A stretch of DNA of 64,000 nt from Aplysia californica (taxonomy: Eukaryota). The DNA is taken from positions 528,177-592,176 of the forward strand of contig NW_004797406.1 in NCBI RefSeq assembly GCF_000002075.1, read 5' to 3'. Positions 37,113-49,288 of this stretch are shown here, in pieces. The notes under the pieces were generated by a model. It was not told the origin of the DNA. It worked only from the letters and a program-made list of their open reading frames with translations, and did no database searches. The translations under genes and the position numbers were made by a program. How positions within the stretch are numbered: the first letter of the stretch is position 1; every line of letters starts with the position of its first letter.

Positions 37113-38179
37113 AAATATAAACACAAGAACAGTTTTGGTGTAGAACAAAATAAGACAGTAAAGGGAACATTGACCAATAATGAGTTTCTCAGAAGGAGAA
37201 CTGGCGATAATATTGAGAGCTTTCGTTTTCAGTTCTCGTCTCGTAGTTGCAAGAAATTTAAAAAAACAACCGTGCTATCAACTTTCCTTATCTCTTTATC
37301 TGTATAAAAATGCATACATGATATAAGATACGCTTGCAAATATCTTGAATGAAAGAATGAATATCTGGTTCTGGACCAAAGACATAACACGCACACANNN
37401 NNNNNNNNNNNNNNNNNNNNNNNNNNNNNNNNNNNNNNNNNNNNNNNNNNNNNNNNNNNNNNNNNNNNNNNNNNNNNNNNNNNNNNNNNNNNNNNNNNNN
37501 NNNNNNNNNNNNNNNNNNNNNNNNNNNNNNNNTGTGATATTATCCTTCCACTTACTTTCCATCCACGCTGGTGTCTCACTCTCAGCATCCGGTTGCTCAT
37601 CAATGTCGACCCTGTTGTCTCTCAGGCTCAGGGAAGGTTGGTCTAAGTCCTCAGCTTGTAGTTTTTTTTTTTTCCAGTCCTTTTCTTCCTGTAAATTTAC
37701 AACGACGATACAGGAAGTTGTTTGGTCGTTTTCGTACAATGTTTATCTCCACACTGTTCAAGATTTTTCGTGCATGATAATCAAGAACTCTGTTCAAACC
37801 GCTGTTATGCTTTTTGTATTTACAACCGAATACTAAAATACGTACTTAGAATAAGTTAGAACGGAAGTTTTCCGTAACTTTTCTGCATTCACGGTACAAC
37901 CCTATTCAGATACTTGTGGGAGACTTCAAGGCTCGCCCAAACTAGGGCGTGTCGTGTGGGAGGGTTTTTGGCTGGTCAGTGAGTGGAGACAATGGCTTGT
38001 GGGGATGGGTTTACTGTTGGGTTACGATCGCTGAGTCAGACTTCCGTGTACTGCCAATATTGAAAAGGCCTTCCTTCGGCGGTGGATATTGTTTCGAAAA
38101 ACGACTTGGTTTCTTCGACTCTACGCAGCACTGCCGAGGGTAAAAGTGAAGAGTTGGCTGGCGGCGGCAAGAATGAATC

Positions 38180-38620
38180 CGAATGCCGAATACATGGCGT
38201 CCCGCACAAGACGTTTGTTACCGTAAAACGAAAAGATGGTGTTTTCTGTATAATTTTTTTTGTTTGTTTGCGCCGTCGTCCCGGTCAAGGACAGAGGATA
38301 ACGTAGATCGGCTGTATCGAGCAGTTGTGCTAACTGGCTTCCAAAAAAAGAGTCCCGAACTTTTCCGACTCCGTGAAATCAAGTTCACGGGGGCATAAAA
38401 TTTACGAAACAGTTTACTGATATATCTCTTGTCAAGACTGGTTTTTTAAAAAAATGTGCAACAGCTTCTCAACGATCGGCCAGTCGGGCAAAATTCGGAC
38501 TTTTTCAGGAATTGGATTTCCAGATTTATCCGGAAATTCGGAAGCTCTTACCGAGCTCTCGTAGAGGGCTGTATGACGCGGGGGGGGGGGGGGGGACGAT
38601 CCCCATTTCGACGCCATGAG
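38180..38620 (+). pseudogene. Possible highly decayed hAT (TTF zinc-finger type) transposase fragment
   Basis: KRKDGVFC..CLFAP and LTGFQKKSPELFR resemble the TTF-type zinc finger of ZMYM1/PRKRIR-like hAT transposases; many frameshifts; recognised by eye only. Confidence 0.3.
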
Positions 38621-39349
38621 AGCGGGCTTATTGGCCGAAATCTTCTGTATTTGACCAGTTCTGGAATGTTCAAGTGCTCATGCATTGTAAGGGTAGTTCA
38701 TTCACAAAATGCTGATTAACTTGAATTTGAACTTAGTTAAACATGTTTTAAACTGCACATGCACGTACGTGCGCATAGTTGCATACACCATGACAACACA
38801 TAATTCTCTCAGCTAAATAATAATGAAAACGGACATATTACTTGTAACTTATTTACATCAATGATCAAGTCCGAACTGCTTTTGAATAGTCATTTTGCGA
38901 AATTAGAGATCACAGTCTTCAAAATGATGTATAACATGACTGATTTCTGAGCGTGAGGAGAGCTTTATGGCCATTTCATAATAAGGACATTTTAGGGCAA
39001 AAACATTGCGTTTTTTTCCACTTAGAGGAAAGGGGGTGTCATCTTTGTGAGTGTTTTTGAACATGTTCTGCTATTGATAGGGACATAAGACCTTTATTTT
39101 GGGAAAGTAGACGTTTCAAAGTACTCAAATCCGTTAACAGCCCAATTTTGATCTGAGACTCAAAAAGGACGTCATTTGTCTATGGCCTTCGGGGATCATG
39201 CCTTAAGCACGCTTAAGCTTTCTCCCGATGACTGTGCTTAAAGCCGGCATGGACTGTATTCCTTTCCGGAATGGCAGGCGCGCCCCTCACGTTTGACATT
39301 TGTGACGTAACAGCTGAGAGCTCTAAGTTCTATTCTTAACCCCTTTGGT

Positions 39350-39380
39350 ACACACACACACTCATACGAACACACACACG

Positions 39381-39438
<58 letters not shown>

Positions 39439-39450
39439 AAACACACACAC
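39350..39450. repeat. (CA)n microsatellite
   Basis: Direct reading. Confidence 0.95.
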
Positions 39451-39681
39451 TGACACATGGGCTTGCCCATTGATCATAGCGCGTGCGACTTTGACTACCC
39501 AATCTACACACTACGCACGCCATCATACACGCTGAAAAACAAACAGACTACGATTGCAGAGTGACTCAGCATATTATCACCTTTTTATATTATTATATTT
39601 TTTGCTCTCTGGAAACGAGTAGAAAGGCGAAATCTTTTCGTCTTGGCTGGCTAAACTGCTAACTGCTAAACTTTAGCCTGT

Positions 39682-39724
39682 ACTGTAGCCACAGAATTCT
39701 ACTGTAGAATTCTGTGACTGTAGC
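39682..39724. mobile_element. Probable DNA-transposon excision footprint (second CA-initiated TIR family)
   Basis: actgtagc-CACAGAATTCTAC-T-GTAGAATTCTGTG-actgtagc: 8-bp direct repeat around a perfect palindrome with 13-bp arms. Confidence 0.65.
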
Positions 39725-39968
39725 CTATAATTTGTGATCTGCTCACTCTTCTCTGCATGGACTTGGACTAGATATAGATATAGATCTAGAATCTAGACTC
39801 TAGGATCAACTCCGGCGTCGTCAGTGTGAAATTAGCAGTTTGGTTATCTCCATCACTCTGTCAGGTCACATATTTCTCGTCTACCTTGGCTCAGCAAGCA
39901 AGTGCTCACGTTTCCTTGTTCTGCAAAGACTACTATACACTATAGTTATACTCACCAAAAGTCTAAAC

Positions 39969-42900
39969 ATGCCGCTCACCAGTGATGAAGCTCAAAAGGC
40001 TTGCGCACCTCCTCCACCTGAGACAGAGGTAAATTTTTATTTTGCAGTTATTAGACTAGAATCTAGATGTAGATCTAGATAGAGGGAGGAGTTCCGCAGA
40101 GGGCCGGCCGACCAACAACGTACAAGAGATGGGATATTTTGAGCGGGGTATAGAGTCTACCCTAACCCTAGTTTTTTATATTTTTTATATCTTACCTAGA
40201 TATCTAACCCTAGTCTGGCCCTAGAAGCGGGGGGATACCAGCTGAGGCTGAGATACCCGAGATGTATACCTGCTACTGAAAAATGACCATTCACGGCTCC
40301 ACAGATGATAAAATTAAAAGGCATATAAAACCATATAGAATCTATATCTTTTCTTAAAGCTGATAGAATTAGCCATTCAAAAATGAAGCAATCAAATAAA
40401 TACTTACAAAGCACAAAACGAAACGCGATATAAACTCAACCAATTAGTAATCTACATCAGCACGGCGAAACAAGTGATAACACATAGAGACATAGTGTGC
40501 AGTCGCTCAGCTGGAACCGCGTCACTTTATCGGCCTATTATATCTCGGGAAGGACTTCCGTAACGAGCGACCACCCCATCAAACACAATAANNNNNNNNN
40601 NNNNNNNNNNNNNNNNNNNNNNNNNNNNNNNNNNNNNNNNNNNNNNNNNNNNNNNNNNNNNNNNNNNNNNNNNNNNNNNNNNNNNNNNNNNNNNNNNNNN
40701 NNNNNNNNNNNNNNNNNNNNNNNNNNNNNNNNNNNNNNNNNNNNNNNNNNNNNNNNNNNNNNNNNNNNNNNNNNNNNNNNNNNNNNNNNNNNCATAGTGG
40801 TCGCTCGTTACGGAAGTCCTCCCATATCTCGGCCAAAAGACGCTCTACAACGTCAAGATAACTTGCAAAGTCATTGGTCACTATTTATAACTTTGACCTG
40901 TAATTTACTAGATCTAGATCTACGTCCTTTTCCAAATAAGGAATACTGAAATTTCCCATTGAAAAAGGTCAGCGTCTATGCCCTTTATATTGGGCCTGCG
41001 GGCTTCCCGGTCAAAGTAGGTCTGCCCTATTATATAGGGCCTGCGCGTTTCCCAAGTAGCCTGGCTCATGCCCTTTATATGCTTGCGCACTTCCAGGGTC
41101 CTAACCCTAAACCTAAACAAAAATACTACTCACCCTAAGCCTAGCCCTAACCATTACTCTTGAATTTGAATAGTTTGCTCAGTGGACCTTGTCACGGTTA
41201 GTAAGTGCCGACCCTCTGCGGAACTCTTCCCAGACTAGATTAGATCTTCAACTTCTAGGCTATCTAGATTTAGATCTAGATAGTAGCCTTTGGATACTGG
41301 GCCTTCTGACTAGGCATGATAATGGCAAAGGTTAAACTGCAGTATATTCTATGCATTTCAACAATTTAAAAATCAAAGTGACTATTTCTTCTCTGAACGC
41401 TTGGGAAAATTTGACCTCTATTTCTCCGAATGATTTAAGTTCTTGAGATTTTTTGATTATTTGCGAGAGTTTGGCGTTGTCTTTTATTCTGCCATTCTGC
41501 GAGGACTGGGAAGAAGAATTTTTTCCATCGAATTCAATTTCTAGAGCTAGAGATTTTTAGATGTCTGAATATTCAGATACTTCAATTGTGGTTGGGGCAA
41601 GGTTCCCGAACTATACTTCATTTGAAATTACCTTCAAAAGTTACTGTGGGAAAACAAGACTGCTCGACTTTGGCAATAACCTATTTTGCATTTAGTCACC
41701 TCTAAAGCAAAACCTAAAAAAAAAATTCCCTCCTTGCCCTCCCCCCTCACNNNNNNNNNNNNNNNNNNNNNNNNNNNNNNNNNNNNNNNNNNNNNNNNNN
41801 NNNNNNNNNNNNNNNNNNNNNNNNNNNNNNNNNNNNNNNNNNNNNNNNNNNNNNNNNNNNNNNNNNNNNNNNNNNNNNNNNNNNNNNNNNNNNNNNNNNN
41901 NNNNNNNNNNNNNNNNNNNNATACACACATGTGGGTGGTTGGCGGGTGCTCTGGTGTGGTGTGCTTCTTCTTTCCTATCAAACATCTGTCGTCCTTATCT
42001 CCCCTTCTTCTTTTTTATGTTCGTTACTCTCTTGTAACACCTCTAATTTTCTGGCGCTCATGTGACCTTAAGCAGTTGCGAGCGCCGTAAAACCTCTACT
42101 AAAACTAACTATACATATACTTACTCACACACACACACTCACACATGTGCGCGTGCCTAGGGCCACTACATTCGCAAATAGGCTTTAGAAGGCTAACCAA
42201 AAAATCTTGAGAACGGAAACCGTTCGGAGAAATAGAGACCAAGTTTATTTTCCCAAGGGTTCGGAGAAACAGAGCGTTGTTTGTCACCATTTGTTGTAAG
42301 GTTAGGTGCTTCACTGTCATGAAAAGAGGTAAGTTTGATCCCTGAGTCAGGAACATTTTTACTGAGTATTGGTCTTTTTTCTGAGATGTTGTATGATGTG
42401 TCCCTCTCAGCTCGTGTGTAGTGCTGTTACAGTGACAGAGTCGTCTAGCCCACCTCCTAATTTTGTGTCAGTGGGGACGTAAAGATAATGACAACAATGT
42501 AAGCCTATTGTTTGAAAAACCCACCGAAATCCACCCCTCTCCTTAAAAAACAATATTTTTTTTTAGAATCCCAATAAAAATTCTAGCAGAACTGTTTACA
42601 TTTTTCCCCTTCATTATAGTAGCCTGCTGTTTTCAATGAACATTATGCATGTGTTCAATATAATGTTTTTGATCCTATTTACTGAGAGTAATAGCGTGGA
42701 TAATGGTCTAAGTAAAGCATTACAACACTACCCTTTAAGCCTCATTTTCATTTTGTGCAGCCAAGGCATCTTTTTGAAGTTGAAAATAAGGTTTCCCTTT
42801 TTTATGCAGTTACAAAAGTGAGCAGCTCTGCTCATACTAAATAATTAAACTTATTGAAAATACAAAAACAAGGCCTAGCATCTGACCTAAATAGTAGGCT

Positions 42901-45900
42901 TCACACCCCTTTTAAAATAATATCTATTCTTTTTAGTATCACTCTGCTTAACAACACGAAATCTGCTTTACGTGAAGAGAATCTTTAGTCCAATGAAGTT
43001 TAGTGTTATGTGTCAGGGTTTACTGTGTAATAGTATGCACTACTACTGGTGCCATTTTGTATGTAAAAAGTAGTGTTCTATGAATTGGAATGATTTTTTA
43101 AAAAGAGACCTAGTAGATTAGAGTGAAGAAATGTAAAATCAGAGTGGATGCTGATCATTTTTGTGAAGTCCCTGTTGGCAAGTTGGCAAGGCAGTGCTTC
43201 TGTCATGGGAATGTCATCTTACCATCCAGGCTGCTCTTCAGTTATAGTTGAGTTTTTTAATATGATCATGTATGGTTTTGGAGTCAAATAATATACATAC
43301 GCTAGTTCTCTACTGTGATGATGGCTGTACTAGTGTTGTGCATGAGTCAGAGCTCACTGACACTGTCTCTTTACTTTCCACAGGGATTTTTCTTTCAGCA
43401 GACCATGTTGAGAATAAAAGACCCAAAGAGATCCCTTGATTTCTATTCAAGAGTTATGGGCATGTCGTACGTTGAGTATCTGTTTTTTTGTTCGTTTTTT
43501 TGGTCAAATTATGTTGTCATACTTTTTTTACACATAGAACAGATGTTTCTTCAACTAGATCTAGTACTGTTTGAGTTTTAGAGTTTCATGGCACTTTCAA
43601 CACAAATAGGTCATATAAGTGCAGAAGATTAGAGGTGTTCCTGAAAATTAAGTGCAGAAGACTAGAGGTGTTCCTAAAGGGTGACATACCTAGAACAGGA
43701 GGAGGAGAGATCAGGATGAAAGATGTTTTTCAAGGAAAGAAAGATCAAACCACATCCTCCAACCACCCACAAGTAGAGGCCTACCCTTTGCAGGCGTCCT
43801 GCATAATATGACTAGTTAAAATGAGAAATTTTGTTTATAGGTATGCCATCAAGATTAGATATTCATATCCTATCTTAATAGGATTTTTCCTAAAAATAAC
43901 ACTCACTACCCAAAATACGATAATATCTTCTCATGCAGATTGTGTGTTAATTCCCCTATGATGATTGTTTTCATTGTTTGAACTAAAATTTTTTGCACGA
44001 ATATGTTTCGCCTAGGCACAATCAAAGATTGTAAACAGTAAAGTGATTGCAATGAATAGGCCTATATTTTAGTCCCTAAATGTTCATCATTGCCTTTCTC
44101 ACCCTGCACCAGGGTATAGACCACGGACAAACATTTTCCACTTTCCTCTATCCTGGGCTAAGCTCTTGATGTTATTCCGTCTTCCCACTTTTCTGTAGGC
44201 CTACATTAATTTCTGTAATCCTTCTCCTGGTTCCATGTGGTCTTCCCCTTGATCTTTTACCCTGTGGATTTCAATCCAAAACTATCTTTGTTATGCAGGT
44301 GCCTGACTTCCTGAGAGTATGTCCAATCCATCACCACCGCCTTGTTCCTACCTCATCTCTGACTGGTATCTGTCTTGTTTTCTTTAACACTTCCTCGTTG
44401 GTGACCCTGTCTGTCCATCTGATCCCTAAATGTTGGTAGAACATTCCCCCCCCCATACTCAGAAGGGGGGCTCTCGTAGCCTAGAGGTTAAGACGTTCTC
44501 CTCTCATTCAAAGGTCCCGGGTTCAAACCCGTGTAGCGACTGAAAACTTTACTTCTCTAAAATTGTCTCTTTTCACCTCCTTTCCTGCTCTCTAGCAATG
44601 CTCTGTCGTCTGCTTTCTTCTCCTCTTTCTGCCCCCACCCACTCACCTCCTTTGCCCCTTCCTCTTGGCTCTTGAGTGATAAGCAGTGCGTGGAGTGGAA
44701 GAATGTCAGCAGAGATGCAGACAGATAGTCATAAATTTTGTCCCCTGGCTATTGAACAGTGATAGTATGGTGTGGTGTGGTGTGGTATGGTATGGTATGG
44801 TATAGTGTGGTATGGTATGGTGTGGTGTGGTGTGATGTGGTGTGGTGTGGTATGGTATGGTATAGTGTGGTATGGTATGGTATTGTATAGGCAAAGATCT
44901 ATGCAATGATTTGCATGCTGGTCTGTGGAACCAGACATTCCTGTATGCTAGGCTTTACACTGCAACTTGTGCTGCAAATGTGCGTGTGTGNNNNNNNNNN
45001 NNNNNNNNNNNNNNNNNNNNNNNNNNNNNNNNNNNNNNNNNNNNNNNNNNNNNNNNNNNNNNNNNNNNNNNNNNNNNNNNNNNNNNNNNNNNNNNNNNNN
45101 NNNNNNNNNNNNNNNNNNNNNNNNNNNNNNNNNNNNNNNNNNNNNNNNNNNNNNNNNNNNNNNNNNNNNNNNNNNNNGGCAGTGTGCAATGTGCCATATG
45201 TCTATTTTTGTGGATTCTATAACTAGAAAGGTTAATGAGTATCAAAATCCCTTTTTCATTGTATTGTTCTAAAAGATACTCAGGAATAATAAATGATTCA
45301 TTTTTTACAGGCTGTTGCATCAGTGGGATTTTCCAGACATGGAGTTCACTTTGTATTTCATGGGCTTTGAGAAGCCTGAGGATATTCCGACAGATCCTAA
45401 AGAAAGGGCTAAATTCTGCTTTTCAAGGAAAGCCACCCTGGAGCTTACACAGTGAGTTACTGTTTGATTGTACAAAGTGTACCGCTAGGTGTTATGTTCA
45501 TCACCTTTTACTGTGTTTGAAGATGCTATTGATTGTTTGTACAGATGAGAGTTTCAACAGTTTTTTTTATTATGGACCGATGAAGAACTATAAGTATTCC
45601 CCCTATGTTAACTTCTTTTCAGCTTTTTTCTGCCAAAGTGTTGTAGAGGTAGGCAGTAAACATTTGCGACCTTCAAATATGTCTGTGATGACAAGGTTCT
45701 GTTTCATCGTATCCTGGGATCATGATGGAAAAAGTGCCCAGAATGAATTTGCTTGCAGAGAGTTGTACCAGAGTCTTTTACTTATAGCAGACAAGGTGAG
45801 CTCTGTGCCTCAAAGCCTTCCTCACATCAAAATACTGCACACCAGCTTCTTTTTTTATCTGTTACCAGCTCTTACCTCCCTGCAAGTGCTTGGCCCTTAA

Positions 45901-48900
45901 GACAACCTATTAAGTTTAGTAGAGTATTTTACTATTAAAAAAAAAAAACTTTGTCTCTAGGTCAAGTGACCCCTCCCTCCCAATCCTCACCCACACTTAC
46001 ATATTTTAATACTTTTTCTACCGTTCTTATTCACCAGTAATTATGGGACTGAAAATGAAGAGAAAGAGGTGTACCACAATGGAAATTCAGACCCCAAAGG
46101 TTTCGGTGAGTTAATGTTTTTAACTTTAGGACAAAAATCAATTGAAAGAGATAACTGGTAGATCAGTGCATTTCAAGAATTTGACCTAGCCCGATCACAG
46201 GTGGTGTCCATTAGCTCAGTACAGCTTTGACACTATTGTTAAGATTTTCATGAGCAGTAAAAAGGTGCTAGTGTTCAAATATTTTTCATTTCTTTAAGTT
46301 TTTCATTCACCTTGAGCCCGTACCTGTCTGAAAATAACAGTCTTTTACGGCTGAGTAAATGGTTCACAACAGGAATAATGATCTGGATGATTGTATTGAT
46401 GTGAATAGGGAAAGTCATAGTGATGATGCTACCAAGAATATTGAGTGGTTGCAAGCTGCTCTTTCAACAATATATGTATAACAATGCTTATCCTAAATCA
46501 ACTTTGAAAATTGAAGCATGTACATTTTTTTTGCCTGAGTTTTGTTTTATACTTGCCTGGAGTAGGCCTAATAGATAGGTAGTAAAATGTGGAAGAATAT
46601 TTGCGTGATTTTTGAGGTTCTAGGTCTAAGTTTGTTGTTTTTCACACAAATTGAATATATTTTGTATGTTGATCAACAGGAATGATGGGCTATTAGTATT
46701 TTTGGCATTTTAATATGAAAGTCTTTGTTTTTTCCTTTCCTCCCAATAGGCCACATAGGTGTGGTCGTCCCTGATGTGTACAAGGCCTGTGAAAGATTTG
46801 AACAACTTGGGGTGTCTTTCATCAAAAAACCTGATGGAGGTGAGATGTATTATTTGTCCGCTGGCATGGTTTTCTTATTTCTAATGCTGTCTAGGGTTTG
46901 ATAAAAGAAAAGAAAAGAGAGAAAGAGAGAGAAAAATAATTGCTTTATGTTGTTTTTGCAAGAGTGGTTGGAACAGTGAAATTGCTATGGTGCATTCTGT
47001 TTAACTCACTTGAGCCCATATACGTATATTAAAAGGACGTGCCGCTGTGTATTTATGGGATGTGCTTTATCGATTGATATCTACCGTGTTTTTCGGTTAC
47101 AAGTTGCAGGAAGCGTCGAGCCAATAGTTGACCCACTTGTTTCGTTTCGTTAAAAATTTGATGAAGTTGTTTGTGACACTTTTTGAACTGTAACAAAGTC
47201 AATATCCCCTGCTTTGCGATAGAAGCTCTGGAAGGGAATCAAAGCCGCAATCGTTTTTAGAGTGGAGATAGCCTCTCAAAGACATAAATGAAACATGTTT
47301 GAAGTGTCTAAAAGGTCTTATAGTGAACTAGAAGGCTAAAGCTCCCACTATGTCTCACAAACCAACTAGAAGTTGCAAGGTCTATGGATAGGGCTGTAGC
47401 TCAGGCAATGAACAGTTTGAGTCGGAGTTGGGTGAAAGTGAAAGTAGGAATCGGAATAGCTTTATTCTTTCAAGTCTAGTAGTACTTTACACGTCTTGTA
47501 GTTTTAGTTGTGGAAACAGTAGCACTAAATCTTTTAGATACAGGTGTAACAATACACGAGGTGAGAAAAGGACAGTAGTATCTCAGTTTGGACTTCAGAC
47601 AGAACTATAACCACAGGATACTGTCGTGCCATTTGCCAAATGCATCGTGTACTCCTACTGGACTCGGGATTTCATTCTTTCACACCAAACTCAACATACA
47701 TCAGTTAAAATCAACTGCTTGCATGCTGTTCCTGAGTTATTCAGAACATTCTCTGTAACACATAGAAGAAGTAATATGAACAATGTATGCAGGGCAGTTA
47801 TTTTCTGTTTGATGATTTTATTACAAATAGGGCGCTAAAAACAAAAAAATGTATAACCCTCAGACATTACTATTTCAAAATATTGATAAAATAAAAACGA
47901 TTGGGACAAATTAGGTACTCTTTTCTCTTTCTGTGAAAACGTTTCCTTCTTTCTTTTTTTCTTTCTTTCTTTCGTTGCATTTGAAAAATTATGATAGCTT
48001 TCTCAGTTTTTTAATGGTTAACAATTCATATACCCCAAACCGTCAGGCTGCAATATTTGTTGGGTGAAAAATAGCTCAGGCTCAAGTGAGTAAATAACAT
48101 AATATAAGGGAAAAACAGTGGATTCTGTTTAAACTGAAATTGTTGGATTGTCAGGTTTTGGGTTTAGAGAGGATTGCTCAAATTATTCGCAATGATTGTT
48201 GAAAGCTTAGAGTTTCAAATGCCATGCTTTCTGCAAAGTGCGTTTTTGTTTAAAAAAAATTTCTCATCTACCTCTTCAACTGGCAACAACTGCAATTTGA
48301 GCTGCAGGCTGTTCCCATTGTTTTTTCTCTCCAATATTGTCAGCTTGTTTAATCTGCCGAACAGCCACACAGAACAGACAAAAGAGTAGAAAGTAAAGTG
48401 AGAAAGAAATTCCAATACCAGTGATGTCCTGAAACAAACGACTTGCCGTCACATGCTGATGTGCTTACATAAACTAGCTTTGCACAGACAGTAAATCGGG
48501 TATGACCAACTGAAGATCACACAACAGATGTATAGTTGTTTTCCTTGCGTTACAAGCCTACACACAATGTTTGTGCCCATTGTTTGTGTGATAAATGTCA
48601 GCAAAGAGCACACTGGTGATGTCACTGTGACCCTCAGTTGACACACGTGCATTCTCATGTCTTTGCCTTCCGTTTTTTTGTTTTGAAGCACCAAAAACTT
48701 GATGATCTGCGTTACTTTAAGATGCTTGTTATTTTTGTGTTGATGTAGATGACATAATCGTTGAAATTCTTTTTGGTTTAGAAATGAGAGTATTTTGGCT
48801 ATTTAATAGTTTTCTTACATTACAAAGCCAAAGATGAAAAAAAAAAGAGGATATTGTTTTCTTTCAGTTATCACTGTTTTTGGAATAACCTTGTTTGGTT

Positions 48901-49288
48901 TGAACGGACTGCGATGTATGTTGATTTTCTATGAATAGCTTACATTGTTGTGTACCAAATTAAAATTTTATGATTCTTTTTTAAATTGGTACATGTAGCA
49001 GTAACAGTTTTGTAAGAATTAAGTTTCTGGCATAGATTGCTTGTACTAATATTTTGATGACACTTTTCAGTAAAGTTGTTATTTTTGTGTGGAAATGACT
49101 GTCCATAATTTCTTCTTTTTCAAATTGTAATACAAACCTTGTTCTTTTTATTGTTTTTTTTCAAGGGAGATGAGTTTTATTTGTTCAAAACTTCTTTTCT
49201 GTTTCTTTTTCCAGGAAAAATGAAAGGATTGGCCTTCATTCAGGATCCTGATGGCTATTGGATTGAGATTTTAAACCCCAAATTTTAA
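39969..49288 (+). CDS. GLO1: Lactoylglutathione lyase (glyoxalase I), 6 coding exons, 171 aa
   Basis: Exons 39969-40028, 43384-43466, 45311-45451, 46038-46105, 46750-46839, 49215-49288, GT-AG with consistent phases (516 nt). Motifs [48 protein letters not shown]; metal ligands Q/E/H/E present. Confidence 0.97.
40084..41231. mobile_element. Non-autonomous TIR element (Merlin-like) in GLO1 intron 1
   Basis: TIRs GGGAGGAGTTCCGCAGAGGGCCGGC / GCCGACCCTCTGCGGAACTCTTCCC, internal ~45-bp subrepeats (40978-41100) and CCTAAC(C)-type repeats. Contains a nested MITE. Confidence 0.7.
40548..40823. mobile_element. Merlin MITE nested in the 40084-41231 element (interior is an N gap)
   Basis: TIR GGAAGGACTTCCGTAACGAGCGACCAC and its inverse; perfect 8-bp TSD atatctcg (40540-40547, 40824-40831). 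5'-GG TIRs with 8-bp TSD are Merlin hallmarks. Confidence 0.8.
41930..42108 (+). mobile_element. ~180-bp headless retroposon (representative copy)
   Basis: GTGGGTGGTTGGCGGGTGCTCTGG ... GGCGCTCATGTGACCTTAAGCAGTTGCGAGCGCCGTAAAACCTCTACTAAAACTAA. Other copies on the minus strand at ~23400-23572, 25131-25314, 25523-25697, 31300-31480, 43570-43770, 51876-52034; tail-only pieces at ~680-730, 29951-30010, 30459-30518. Confidence 0.85.
44085..44440 (-). mobile_element. RTE-like LINE 3' fragment in GLO1 intron 2
   Basis: Minus strand reads [30 protein letters not shown], a typical RTE-group C-terminus. Confidence 0.7.
44465..44675 (+). mobile_element. 5' half of the same tRNA-derived SINE
   Basis: ggggctctcgtagcctagaggttaag...ggttcaaacc...aaattgtctc matches 54440-54640. 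Confidence 0.8.
44766..44883. repeat. (TATGG/TGTGG)n pentanucleotide repeat
   Basis: Direct reading. Confidence 0.95.
47005..48090. mobile_element. TTAA-flanked non-autonomous DNA transposon (piggyBac-like) in GLO1 intron 5
   Basis: Perfect 12-bp TIR CTCACTTGAGCC / GGCTCAAGTGAG, flanked by TTAA (47001-47004) and TAAA. Confidence 0.65.

Larger units (their letters stand above)
36440..39968. promoter_or_regulatory. Divergent (head-to-head) MCM8-GLO1 intergenic/promoter region
   Basis: Genes point away from each other about 3.5 kb apart. CpG-richer patches near both 5' ends; the middle holds decayed transposon sequence and microsatellites. Confidence 0.55.

Noticed and set aside
45235-45900. 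221-aa plus-strand ORF
   Set aside because: Overlaps GLO1 exon 3 in the wrong frame and runs into intron; no recognisable protein features.
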